From contig CP142736.1 of assembly GCA_036630325.1 (NCBI GenBank), forward strand, positions 372,001 through 436,000: 64,000 nucleotides of DNA. The letters are read 5' to 3'. The stretch comes from Vairimorpha necatrix (taxonomy: Eukaryota). This document shows positions 1-11,100 of the stretch, one piece after another. How positions within the stretch are numbered: position 1 is the stretch's first letter; the number at the start of each line of letters is the position of its first letter. The position numbers and the translations under genes are program-made. A model generated the notes under the pieces. The model was not told the DNA's origin. It did no database searches and saw only the letters and a list, made by a program, of their open reading frames with translations.

Positions 1-1
1 A

Positions 2-1153
2 ACTGTTTTAAACGTTTCTAGTAGTGAAGAGATATTAACTGACGGATTCTTGACTGTCGTTGATTTTAATACTTCTGTATCTCCATCACCATACATAAAA
101 ATTAATGATGCGAATGATGATAATTTTAAAACAGAATTACCTTCAACAATTACAACCGAAATAAACAAGATAGATAAGATTAAAAAAAGTTCTTATGACG
201 AAAATGATAAAAATAATACTCAGCCGATTAGATATTATTTACCTGATCAAAATTATAATAACCAAGATCCGTCCATTGAATCTGGTCCCAAAGGACCAGG
301 TTTATTATCGAAAGTCGTCAAAAAAGTCATTGATGTGGGCTCGGACGCTGTAGATGCAGTTGAAGATATAGCTGTAGAAGCTGGTGGTGCGATAGCTAAA
401 AAAGGCATAAGAAAAGTCACTAAGCGTATAGACAAAGGAATGCAAGCAGCCAAGGGAGCTTTAGATGCCATAGGCGTTGGTTCAGATATTGGCTCTGGTT
501 TACAATCTATAGTAAAAAATGAGGGAAATTCAAAAAACTTTCCAATAAAAAAAAAATCAACAGGAATACAAAAGCAAAAAACGCATGGAAAGTATAATTT
601 AAAGTCAAAAAAAAATAGTAGACAACAGTCAGTCGAAGGAACTAAAAAATCAGCAAGAGATAAAGGAGGAAAAACTAAAAATACAGATGGAAAGGAAGAA
701 AAGAAAACTAAAAAACCAGTAAAAGATAAAGAAAGGAAAACTAAAAATACAATTAGTAAAGAAGAGAAGAAAATTAAAAAACCAGAAAAAGATAAAGAAA
801 GGAAAACTAAAAATACAATTAGTAAAGAAGAGAAGAAAATTAAAAAACCAGTAAGAGATAAAGAAAGAAAAACTAAAAAACCAGTCAAAGATAAAAAAAG
901 AACTGCAAAAAAATCAGGAGAAAACAATAAAAAGGAAAAAAGTGATCAGTATAAAATGGCTAAGAATAAATCAAAAGATTTTTTTAGTGGAATTGCGGAC
1001 GTTTTAAAACTTAATTGGAAAATATTGACCGCATTATTGGGTTTTATATTACCTATTATTGCCGTATTATGTAGTTGTTTTGGAAAAACAATGTTTAAAT
1101 GTTGTAGCCCGAAGAAGAAAAATATCGACGAGGAGAAAAAAGAATTGAGTTAA
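2..1153 (+). CDS. 3' part of lineage-specific type I membrane/surface protein (family S); identical to the C-terminus of 25907-28459
   Basis: Frame is open from the window edge. It has a 22-aa K-rich repeat (KKPVKDKERKTKNTISKEEKKI), a C-terminal TM helix and a Cys/Lys-rich tail. Confidence 0.9.
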   Translation, partial: TVLNVSSSEEILTDGFLTVVDFNTSVSPSPYIKINDANDDNFKTELPSTITTEINKIDKIKKSSYDENDKNNTQPIRYYLPDQNYNNQDPSIESGPKGPGLLSKVVKKVIDVGSDAVDAVEDIAVEAGGAIAKKGIRKVTKRIDKGMQAAKGALDAIGVGSDIGSGLQSIVKNEGNSKNFPIKKKSTGIQKQKTHGKYNLKSKKNSRQQSVEGTKKSARDKGGKTKNTDGKEEKKTKKPVKDKERKTKNTISKEEKKIKKPEKDKERKTKNTISKEEKKIKKPVRDKERKTKKPVKDKKRTAKKSGENNKKEKSDQYKMAKNKSKDFFSGIADVLKLNWKILTALLGFILPIIAVLCSCFGKTMFKCCSPKKKNIDEEKKELS

Positions 1154-2930
1154 AATAAACAAATTTTTATTTTCTTTACATATAAATACATCATTATATG
1201 CTTGAAATATACAAAAAAGTTTTAATCTACATTAACATATCAAAACGCCGGAAGGATATGGTGATAAAATATAGGTCATAGCATGGATTTAAAAAAATAC
1301 AGTTACTGAGACATTAATAAATTATATTTATAGTAAATGCTTAGTTCTTATAACACCATAATCTACAAAATAAACGCTTTTCGACAATATTAGCAACACC
1401 GAGATTAAAATAATAGTGACATTATTTCGCTGATTATTATTATATTATATTATATGGAAAAGGAGATATTTGATATAAACCCTGTCATGGCCGATCAAAT
1501 ACTGACTAATCATATTCTAGAAAACGTACTGATGTGATTGGCCACAAAAAAGTATAGAAAATATATCAAAAGGATGGAATTAAAATGCAATAAAGTTTTT
1601 GACATTAATACATTAAAAAACTTTTGACTCTTTTCGCCCTATATCTTACTTGTTTGTCGATAATTGTATCTAAATCTCTCCCATTTCAGTATTTTAAAGA
1701 GAAGATACTCTTCTTGAATCTTAGTCCTTTTCTTAAAAGATAAAAATTATATTTATAAGAAGTTAATTGGATTGATTATTCTATTTTTTTATTATTAAAC
1801 TGTTTAATTTCTTGGTTTGTCTTTCTTTTTGCCCCAAGGACACTAGTTTCGAGTCCACGGGCGTAAAAAATAGTGTAAAAATAAAAACGTAGTCTGAAAT
1901 AGCTAAAAATCAGAGATAAGGTAAAATTTTATGTATATATATAAAAAAACAAAACTAGAATAAACAAAATTATTATCGTAAAGTGGGGAATGATACATGA
2001 CTGGTCCAGCTCGACAGCCCCCCTGCCGCTACATTTAACAACAAATTTATATAATTTAACTTAAAAATTTTTGCGAAAAAAAAAAATTGAGAAAGATCCA
2101 TAAAAATGATATTGAGATAAAAAACAAATCAGCAACATATAAACAAATAACACATTTTATGTCGCGAGCCTAGGCAGTTACAGGCCGAACTAATATGCAA
2201 CATTACTTATTTTTTTATTTATATTCTATGCTGTATATTTTCATAATTTTTTACCAATATCTTTGATCAGTAACTAATTACATGAAACTTTTTTTTGTGC
2301 ACTCAATTTTTGAGCTCATAAGACTCGAATCAAGAGCGTAGGAAAACTCGATTCCAGACCACTGAGCAAAACATCTAGTAAAAAAATAATTAGAATATTT
2401 AAATCAAACATAACTTCCTTTCAAAAATATTTTTTATTTTTTATATGAATTGGCTCAAAACTCATAAAAAAATATGATTTTTTGTTTAAATTTGCAAGGA
2501 GATGATTTGAGTAGTAACTTTGACAAACAAGTATGGTAAAGGCCAAAAAAGAGCTGAGAAGTTTCTTCTTGAGGTAAATTAATCTTTCGGGGATATTAGT
2601 AATTTGTTTAAAACGTAGTAGTAGAGAGTAAAGTGCATTTTTTGAAGGTCATAATATAATTTTCACAAAGTCAATATTACCATAGACACAATCTTCTGTA
2701 TACGTTGTGTCATCGATCTTACTTCAATATCCTCGAAGTATTGTGCGAGAGGTTTGCAAGGAGTCAATGTTGTTTACGGGCGTAACTTATAAAAACAAAG
2801 GAACCCTACAAGCATATATTGGCCAAGCGGCCCTTTGCGGGTTATTGTCAACCTAGTAGACATGAGAGTCTTTATCCAGAACGAAGGACATAGTTGGTTA
2901 ACAATGCTATACTTAAATGTTGTATTTATC

Positions 2931-4242
2931 GGCCAAAAACCACTTTAGTCCCCCCTTACATATATAAATATCAATTTTTAAAAAATATCCCTTTTTTTCG
3001 AAAACCAAAATGAAAAAAAAGGAGGAGGAAAAAATTAAAATAATAAATTTAATAAAACTTTATAATAATTGTCTTTAGAGTTTCTAAGTAACATAAATCT
3101 TAATAAAAAAGGGTAAATAAACGTTTTTGTTCTATATCTAAGCGGTGTTTGACGTTTTACAGCAGACCAATTACCTTCTATGGTGTTGGTATGAACACAA
3201 GTAATGGGATCTTTAAACCATTTACTATGATTAACTGTACAATGATTAGCAATTATAGACTCCATTTTCGTATACCCTTTCCACATATCTGAATAAACTG
3301 TCGATTGTTTATCTATATATGTTGAAATAAGGTTTAGTAAAGTATTTTTGCATCTATTTGGGACTGGAACAAGTAAAATTTTGTTTTTACAGTCCGTTCG
3401 ACCATCCCAAATACCCACACACCTTCTACTTTATGGCCAACGTTGTATTTCCGTTTTCCAAATTTGCTTTCGTCAACTTCAACTATAATATCTTTACCTC
3501 CTAATGTTTCTCTTGCTTTTTCCATGTATTTGTGATAAACCTCGTGCAACAAAAACTGCTGAAGGGACCTCGAAACTGCACTGGAGGAAATACCTAACAA
3601 TTTGACAATATGTAGAGGCGAGATTTTTGTCAGCCAGAGCTTCAGGATCTTTAACATGGTTATATGATCCAAGTGTGTTTTTGCAAAAATTGTATTTGTA
3701 AAAAGACTCCTCTCTTTTTGGCATTTTTTACCAATGCATCTGACTACATTCGAAGTTTGCTGTCTTATTTTGACTTCTTTCCCACATTTTAAGCATTTTA
3801 TTAAAAGAAGTTTTTCTTTTATTTTATCATATGCTTTGTATATTTCTTCGTTGCTAAGCATGAAATAGGGTATTGAATAAAAAATTCTTTATCAGTGTTA
3901 CTAAGAATACTAAAAAATCATTTATAATGATAAATGATTAAAAGAAGTTCAACAAATGAATTTATAGAAGATTTTGTTTACTTATTATTTTTTGTAAAAA
4001 TTAAAAACATAAATACTAAATATGAAACATACGACGACTTAAAGAGTTAAATTTACATTTTTATAATTAATTTGACAAAATTTATATCATTATTTTTGGA
4101 TATTCGATTATTTTAAACAGTACTTTTTTTTAATTTTTTTTCCTCCTCCTTTTTTTTTCATTTTGGTTTTCGAAAAAAAGGGATATTTTTTAAAATTGAT
4201 ATTTATATATGTAAGGGGGGGGGACTAAAGTGGGAAAGCTCC
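2931..4242 (-). mobile_element. Merlin (IS1016/ISXO2-like) DNA transposon
   Basis: GG...CC termini, ~110-bp TIRs (ccactttagtcccccc...), perfect 8-bp TSD tatttatc (2923-2930 / 4243-4250), internal DDE transposase. Confidence 0.95.
3035..3861 (-). pseudogene. Merlin DDE transposase, frameshifted (ORFs 3334-3861 + 3035-3418)
   Basis: N-terminal CxxC...C-x4-C. Motifs VEVDESKFGKRKYNVG, WVFGMVER, YSDMWKGY, VNHS and HTNTIEGNWS are split over two frames near 3390. Confidence 0.92.
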
Positions 4243-4427
4243 TATTTATCTTTTGTTACAAGAAACAGATGGTCTATTATTAAATAAATTTAGGCGGGGG
4301 TTGACGCTAGATAATGTCCTTCGATTCAAATTATTAATTACATTGTTAAAAGTAATATAATTATTGTTTTAAAATTATGTGATATGATATTATTTAAATA
4401 TTTTAATATATTGTTTTAATATGAAAG

Positions 4428-5214
4428 AGCCCTTAGTCCAGTGGTCGAAGACAATGTTTCCATTGAGCAATGGCTGGGTTTGATTCCCAAGGGCTATAAA
4501 ATTGCTTGTATTTTCTATGATACAGTTGGAACAACTCAGATAATGAAAATGTCCACGGAAATCATTAAGTTGATACAATGAAACTTGTGTGTGTCCAGCC
4601 ACAAAGGAATATGCATCTAGTTAAGAAACGCACCTCAAAGCCGAAAACAGTATCCTCCTTGCGTGACTAAATAAAACAACAAAGTATCTGATGGGTACGA
4701 CCAGTTGGAGCCCATGGCTGGTGCACTCTAGAGTGGGATACTAGAGCTAACTATGAGACTAAACGAAGTAGGGCAATATAACGTCTCGTGGGCCCTATCT
4801 TACATAATTCTGTAACACGGTGACCGAAACCACGGGGAGACTAGTGGTCAACGCAGTTCAATGAAAATGCCGGGCTTGTGATTTGGTCGTGTAAGGAGCC
4901 GTGTGTGCGATACAGATGATTGTATGGACCTTTGAGTTAATACGATGATGTCTCTCTTCGGGCTATAGATAACCATGCACGTTAAGTATATCCGCTGTGA
5001 GATCACTCTGGACGCGATTTTAGAAATAAAAGGAAAATGTTCTCTTGGAGATAAAGTCCAATGAATACGGTGGAGCTTGCCGCGCCAGCAAGTTGTACGG
5101 AGAGAATTTGAGTGAGTAAGAATTTCAAAGTACCAGTTGGATAAGGATCACGCCCAAATCCTTCTGGTCCCTATGTAAGGGTTCTCCCTACCTCTTACTT
5201 GCAAAGAAAAAAAA
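4428..5214 (+). ncRNA. Putative tRNA-headed structured non-coding element (SINE-like or Pol III RNA)
   Basis: agccctt/aagggct acceptor-like stem, A-box tagtccagtgg, B-box ggtttgattcc. Body is GC-richer, has many hairpins and no credible ORF, and ends in an A-rich tail. Confidence 0.5.
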
Positions 5215-5467
5215 TTATATATAAAACTACATATAAAACAAAATTATTTCCTACTGAAATCTATCTATTTGTAAAAAAATAATACATTTACAACATCAAC
5301 ACAAAAGCCCAATTTATTTATAAATAGCTAATAAACAAATTTTGAAATTAATAATGAAGGTTAAAATTGTGTTCAATCACAAATTCAAAAAAAGTACAAC
5401 AAAGAAGAAAATCTTGTACTTATCATATAGATGTGTTTTATTTTTTAATACCATTTCCTACATTAAT

Positions 5468-6172
5468 TTATGAGTGGGCTATCACAGTTCTATTGAAGCC
5501 ATTGGCTACTACATTCTTTGCATCTAAAATTTCTATCAGTATAACTAATTTTTTAGGGAATCGAGACCAGTGGATACTGTTTAAAATTTTTATATAACTC
5601 AATAAATTTTCTTTGCTTTTAATTTTATTATTAAGTAATACGATGACTGAATCACTATCAAGTTCTCTTTCGTGGCAGTTTTTGTATATTTGCTCTATGA
5701 AATTTTTTTTTATTCGTAGTTTTTCTGTTGATAGAGTTATATCTTGTTTGCTATGGTCAGGATTTTTTTGTTCATAAAACAACACTGTTATAGATTGTTT
5801 ACTTGTCCATTGTTGCGTAAAAAAGTCGACTTTGTGTATATTTCCCGACATCGAAATACGTTTCAATCTCTCAGCATTTTCATTACTTATTATCTCGTAG
5901 CCTACCGTATGCCTCATTGATGAAAGAATAAATCCTAATACTAAACATATAATAAGTGTGAAAATAGATACTAAAAAGGAAAATTGACCACAAGTTAATG
6001 CGGTGTAGATTAAAGAAAATGTCAATAATCCCAATATTAAAAATGAAATCGAATAAGAAGCTGTTATTATGGAGAAATCGAATACATACTCAGTAATTAT
6101 AACTGAAGTAATTATAAATAATAGAGCTATAAGTAACATCAATAAAGAATTTTTCTTAGAATGTAAATTCAT
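5468..6172 (-). CDS. Lineage-specific membrane protein, 3 N-terminal TM helices (family T)
   Basis: 234-aa ORF with three hydrophobic segments; paralogs at 32763-33467 and 36918-37625. Confidence 0.85.
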   Translation of the reverse strand: MNLHSKKNSLLMLLIALLFIITSVIITEYVFDFSIITASYSISFLILGLLTFSLIYTALTCGQFSFLVSIFTLIICLVLGFILSSMRHTVGYEIISNENAERLKRISMSGNIHKVDFFTQQWTSKQSITVLFYEQKNPDHSKQDITLSTEKLRIKKNFIEQIYKNCHERELDSDSVIVLLNNKIKSKENLLSYIKILNSIHWSRFPKKLVILIEILDAKNVVANGFNRTVIAHS

Positions 6173-6440
6173 GTACCCCGCTAAAAATATTTATTTGTAT
6201 GGCTGTCAAATATCATTTAATTCTGGAAACCAATTGGATATTCAATTATAATTATTTGTTTAATAGAATCATTAAAAGGATAAATTGAATTATATCTTAA
6301 AGGTAAATGCATAAAAATAATACCAATTAAGAATGTTTAAGTAAAAAAGAAAAGCTGAAAAAATTCTGCAAAAAATTAAACTAATTATACTCCTTTAAGT
6401 AAAAAATAAAAAATTTAAACACAAAACAAAAATCACATAT

Positions 6441-6669
6441 TGTTATGTCTTTTCATAACATAATTTTATTTTATTTATTTTATTTTCCCTCCAAGTTTTT
6501 TAAAAAATTATAAATAAAATTTTAAGAAAGGAGGGCATGATAAATTTAAAAGATAACTATAATCAAAAGAATAAATATAATGACAATAAAAACATTAAAA
6601 ATATAAAATATAACAAAAGCCTCATAGAGGCATATTTAAAAAATGGCCATGTCCCCATGGGACATCTCA
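6441..6669 (+). mobile_element. Solo LTR (peptide-encoding LTR family)
   Basis: TGTTATGTC...GACATCTCA with 5-bp TSD catat. It is absent from the duplicate copy (empty site tcacatatcttttg at ~33731). Micro-ORF from 6537 ends NKSLIEAYLKNGHVPMGHL. Confidence 0.9.
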
Positions 6670-8185
6670 CATATCTTTTGCATCGACTAATTGACACTAA
6701 AATAAAGATAAATTCCTAATCTTTAATTAATAACACTAATAACGAATTAAATCAAACTCATTTATTAATTGCACAGAGTTAATAAAATTTTATATTTTAG
6801 TCGATCTAAAATTTGTTTTATAATTAAAGTAAATAATACGTTTGCATGACAAATTTTTATATATATTCTTGTTTCGAGTGAAAAAGGTTAATTGTTAGAA
6901 TATCAAGAAAACAAAATCAATAATAATATAAAATAAGCATTCATTTGTGATGTGTTGTCATAAATTATAATGTTCATTCTTATAACTTTTATATAGGATC
7001 GACCTTTTTTTGCAATTTCCTCAATATTTTCTTTCGGCGATTTTTATAAAAATAGTGGGAACCTTTTTTTGTATTCAGTCCATTTTTCAAACAAAGTTTT
7101 TTTTCCCATTTCAATTTTTATGAATAGATTGATAAAAAATTAGAACTAAAAACAGTGGAGGCTCATTGAAAAATTACTTTATTTATTGTATTCTTTTTAT
7201 ATTTGTCTTACAATGAAATGTATAAAACAATACAACTTATAAATGTATTATAAAGCAAAAAAAGCGAGAACTGAAAGTTATTCTAATATTATCATTATTG
7301 GAATGTGTACCTTAAAGTTTAACAAAAATATTTCTCGTATCAATATAAAATATCAAACACAGATCTAATTTAATGGACTAATAATGTACATAAGTACAAA
7401 TTTTGTTGTTGATGATGTACACTGTTAGATTCTTAGATCTTATTAATTTTTTTTACTTATGTTAAATTTTTGAATTTTTTATTGACAGGGATTGTTTATT
7501 ACAAGCACTATTTAACAAACAACTTGTTTGTTAGAATGGTTAATTTATAACATTCGGTGGTTTCCTTTAGTTTTTTTATCTTAATTTATCTTGAAAAGAT
7601 ACTATTTTGTCAGTATTAATTGCAAAGGAGTCTTATGATTACATAAAATTGCAAGTTTGCATCCCGGTTAAACATATTTATTCAAAAATTAAGGGTATAA
7701 AATATAATTTTTTAAATCTCAACATCCCCCTCTTAAAAACATTCGTCTATTATCAATTTCAGCTGAGAAGAATGTCGCTTAATAGTTTTGTTTCCTGTCC
7801 TCACCAGATATGTGTTGTTTTCTAAAACTTTATAAATTAAACCTCTAACCTTAAATTTGGGTTCTCCCTTTTTGACACCTGTTTCCGTTTTTATAATAAC
7901 GCTATCCCTCTCTGAAAATTGTGGTTCGGTTTCTCGGTTTTTATTTCTTTCATTGAATTTTAGTATCTCCTCATATTGTTTTTCTTTCACCTTTTGGAAA
8001 TTGGTCGGGTTTAAAGCATCATTCGGAGACATACCTAACTTACTATGATATATATTGTTATATACATCTAAAACCTTTAAAGTTTAATTTTAAGATTTTC
8101 TTTTCCCTCTTGTTTGTATATTCCTTCTTGTATTGTCCTATTAAATCTTTCCACTCTTCCATTGGACTGGTGGTGAAATGGTGAG

Positions 8186-11100
8186 TGTTGAGTGAAATAA
8201 TAATTATTTATAGCCCCTATTCTAGAATAAATGTTTATGGTGGAGAATATGAAAACAGAGATTAGTAGTGAAAATATCTTGCAGGAGCTACAAAGAGCTT
8301 CTTTACTTTCCAGTTTTAATAAATTATCAAATGAGGAAAAAATTGATTATTTTATTCATAAAGCCAACATTGAGATACTAGATTGGCATAGTAAGTTAAT
8401 GAAGGAGAAACGGAAATGTTCATTAACATTTGAAATGTGGAAAGAGTTGGCAGAAACGGAATTTGACTGCGGTACTGGATTGTACGAATTATATACTTTA
8501 AAACAAAAAGAAAACCAAAGTATTGTGGAATTTAATAAAGATGTAGAAAAGAAATGTCTAAAGGAAAATATCAGAAATACGGATAAAAGGAAGATAATAA
8601 GAAATGGAATCCTACCAAGATATAAGGCTATAAAAATGGTATTAACAGGGCAATATGAAATTAATAAAGAATTCCTTGAAATAATTGATGAAATGGAAAA
8701 GGAAAATAATGATATAACAAAAAAAAGACAACCTGCCTCCAATAACATCAACAAAGGATATTCATGTTATTTTTGCCACAAGGATGGGCATATCGCTAAA
8801 GGCTTATTTGCGAAGAAAAAAAGAACTGATGGTAAACAACTACAGTATAAAAGGATAAATGAGATCCACCAAGAAGGCGGAATGTTGGATGCAAACTTTA
8901 TTAACAATAAAGAAGATTTAATATATGTTTATAATGAAAAAATTAATGTAACTTTTGACTCGGGTTCTTACTATAATTTTATGAGTAAAAAGGCTGCTTC
9001 TGAACTAACTTTAAAAATTTATAGAAGTACAGAGGAAATATATTTTTTAACATGTTTAGAGGAAAGATTCGGGATTACAGAATATGTGATATTAGATTTC
9101 TCTTATGGTGGTAAAAGTTATCGTTCTAAATTTTTTATATTCCCTAAGGTGGAAAAATTTAAAATACTTGTAGGAAAAAAGACATTACAAGAAATATTGA
9201 AAAGGGTGTCTAGCAATAGAATTTGTGAAATAAATACGATAAAAGGAGAAAAAATTGTTGAAAAGGTCTATACACTACCAAAAAAGTTAGAAGAAGGAGT
9301 GGAAAAATCTATCAAAGAACTACTAAGGAAAAATTACATAAGAAAATCAAAATCAACGTGGTTGAATAATTTAAGACCAGTAATTAAACCAGATGGTTCT
9401 ATAAGAGTTACTACAAATTTAGTTTCGTTAAACAAATTGGTAGAGCTAGATAATTACTCCTTACCACACATTGATAAGCTTTTATACGGGCTTCGTGGAA
9501 AAAAATATTTTAGTAAATTGGATTTAAAAGATGCATTTTTTTGTATAGAATTAGCGGGAAAAGATAGATATAAGACCGCTTTCAGATTTAAGCACCTATT
9601 ATATGAATGGAACGTTATGCCAATGGGGTTTAAAAATGCTCCGGCAATTTTTCAAAGATTTATAGATGATGTTTTACAAGAAGAAATAGGGAAAAGTTGC
9701 TTCGTGTATGTGGATGACATACTGGTTTTTGGAGAAAACGAGGAAGAACATGATTTTAATTATGAGAAGATCATAACAAAGCTTAAAAGCTATAACTTAG
9801 GTATTAATGAGGATAAAACAATATATAAGGTTAAAGAACTTACCTTTTTGGGACATTTAATAGCATTTAACGAAATTAAGCCAAAAATTACACGGGACCA
9901 AGCAATTAACGATATGAAAAGACCAATCAATAAAAAATCACTGCAAGAATTTCTGGGACTTATTAATTATTATAGAAAATTTATTCCTAATTGTTCAAAA
10001 ATCGGAGGATGTTTATATGATCTTACAAAAAATGATATTCAATTTAATTGGGGGAAGGAACAGGATGCTGCTTTTAATACATTAAAGAAAATTGTATTGT
10101 CGAGCAGTGTGCTTAAACAGCCAGATTTTAGTAAACCTTACATATTAGAAACGGATGCATGTGACTCTGGTCTGGGAGCGATCTTGTCACAAGAAAATGA
10201 AGGGCATGTGTACCCCATCGCGTACGCTTCTAGAAGATTGGTTCCAGCGGAAAGAAATTACAGTATCAGCGAGAAAGAATGTATGGGTGTCCTATGGGGA
10301 ATGGAAAATTTTAGATATTTTTTATATGGAAATGAGTTTAAAGTAATAACTGATCACAAAGCTCTAGAGGTCCTAAATAAAGGCGAAATAAAATCGTTAC
10401 GTATACAAAGGTGGCTTGATAAATTGAGTGAGTATAATTACACGATCGAGTACAAAAGGGGGACAGATATTCCTCACGTCGATTGTTTGTCAAGATCTTA
10501 TCTTAATGAGTTAAATACGGATGAAATAAATATGATTGAATTTAGCGAAGAAGAAAAAAGGTCTATCATAAGGAATAAACATATAGAATTAGTTCACAGA
10601 GGATCAAAAGTTATTGAAAATGAATTAAGGAAAAAATATCATTGGAAAGATATGTCGCATATGGTAAAAACGGAAATTAATAAATGTCTAAGATGTAAGA
10701 TGTACAATCCACAAAGAGGAAAAAAATTTATATTTGTGACAGCATACGAACCTGGCGAAAAGGTAGCTGCCGATATTATAGGACTAATCAATGGAAGCTA
10801 TATAATTACGGCGATCGACTATTTTACAAGGAAAGCATGGGCTAAAGTCATTACTACTAGAGAGAGTAATAAGCTAGTGAAATTTTTTGATGAAGTTTAT
10901 AATGACATAAAGATTAAAATACTAATTCTTGATCAGTCAAAAGAAAATTTGAGTATTGAGGTAAAACAATGGGCAACGAGAAATAATGTTCAAATTCATT
11001 ATATTTTTTCTTTTCATCACCAATCAAACGGAAGAATAGAAAGATTTAATAGGACAATACAGGAAGGTATATATAAAGATAATAGTTTTGGAAATTTGAA

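Larger units (their letters stand above)
1..7651. repeat. Segmental duplication copy 1 (matches 27307-34715; extends beyond window start)
   Basis: Position 1 (aactgttttaaacg) matches 27307. Identical ORF translations occur at offset 27,306. Homology ends at acataaaattg (7651/34715). Confidence 0.97.

Noticed and set aside
660-900. CRISPR-like periodic repeat
   Set aside because: In-frame 66-bp coding repeat with no unique spacers.
253-927. 224-aa F/L/S-rich minus-strand ORF (and its copy 27559-28233; also 17648-18100)
   Set aside because: Antisense shadow of lysine-rich coding repeats on the plus strand.
1483-2033. Possible LTR (tgtcatg...catgac followed by tggtcc)
   Set aside because: No matching TSD, no clear peptide motif, and ambiguous ends.
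2931-4242. Bacterial IS1595/ISXO2 element or bacterial contamination
   Set aside because: Context is eukaryotic, and long TIRs with an 8-bp TSD fit eukaryotic Merlin elements.
4428-4495. Functional tRNA gene
   Set aside because: The anticodon loop is only 4 nt, the T-stem is 4 bp, and TTCGA is replaced by TTTGA.
4540-5060. Group I intron, RNase P/MRP, hammerhead or telomerase RNA assignment
   Set aside because: Only partial motif resemblance: no convincing P/Q elements or P4 helix, no CUGAUGA core, and no CCUAA-type template seen.
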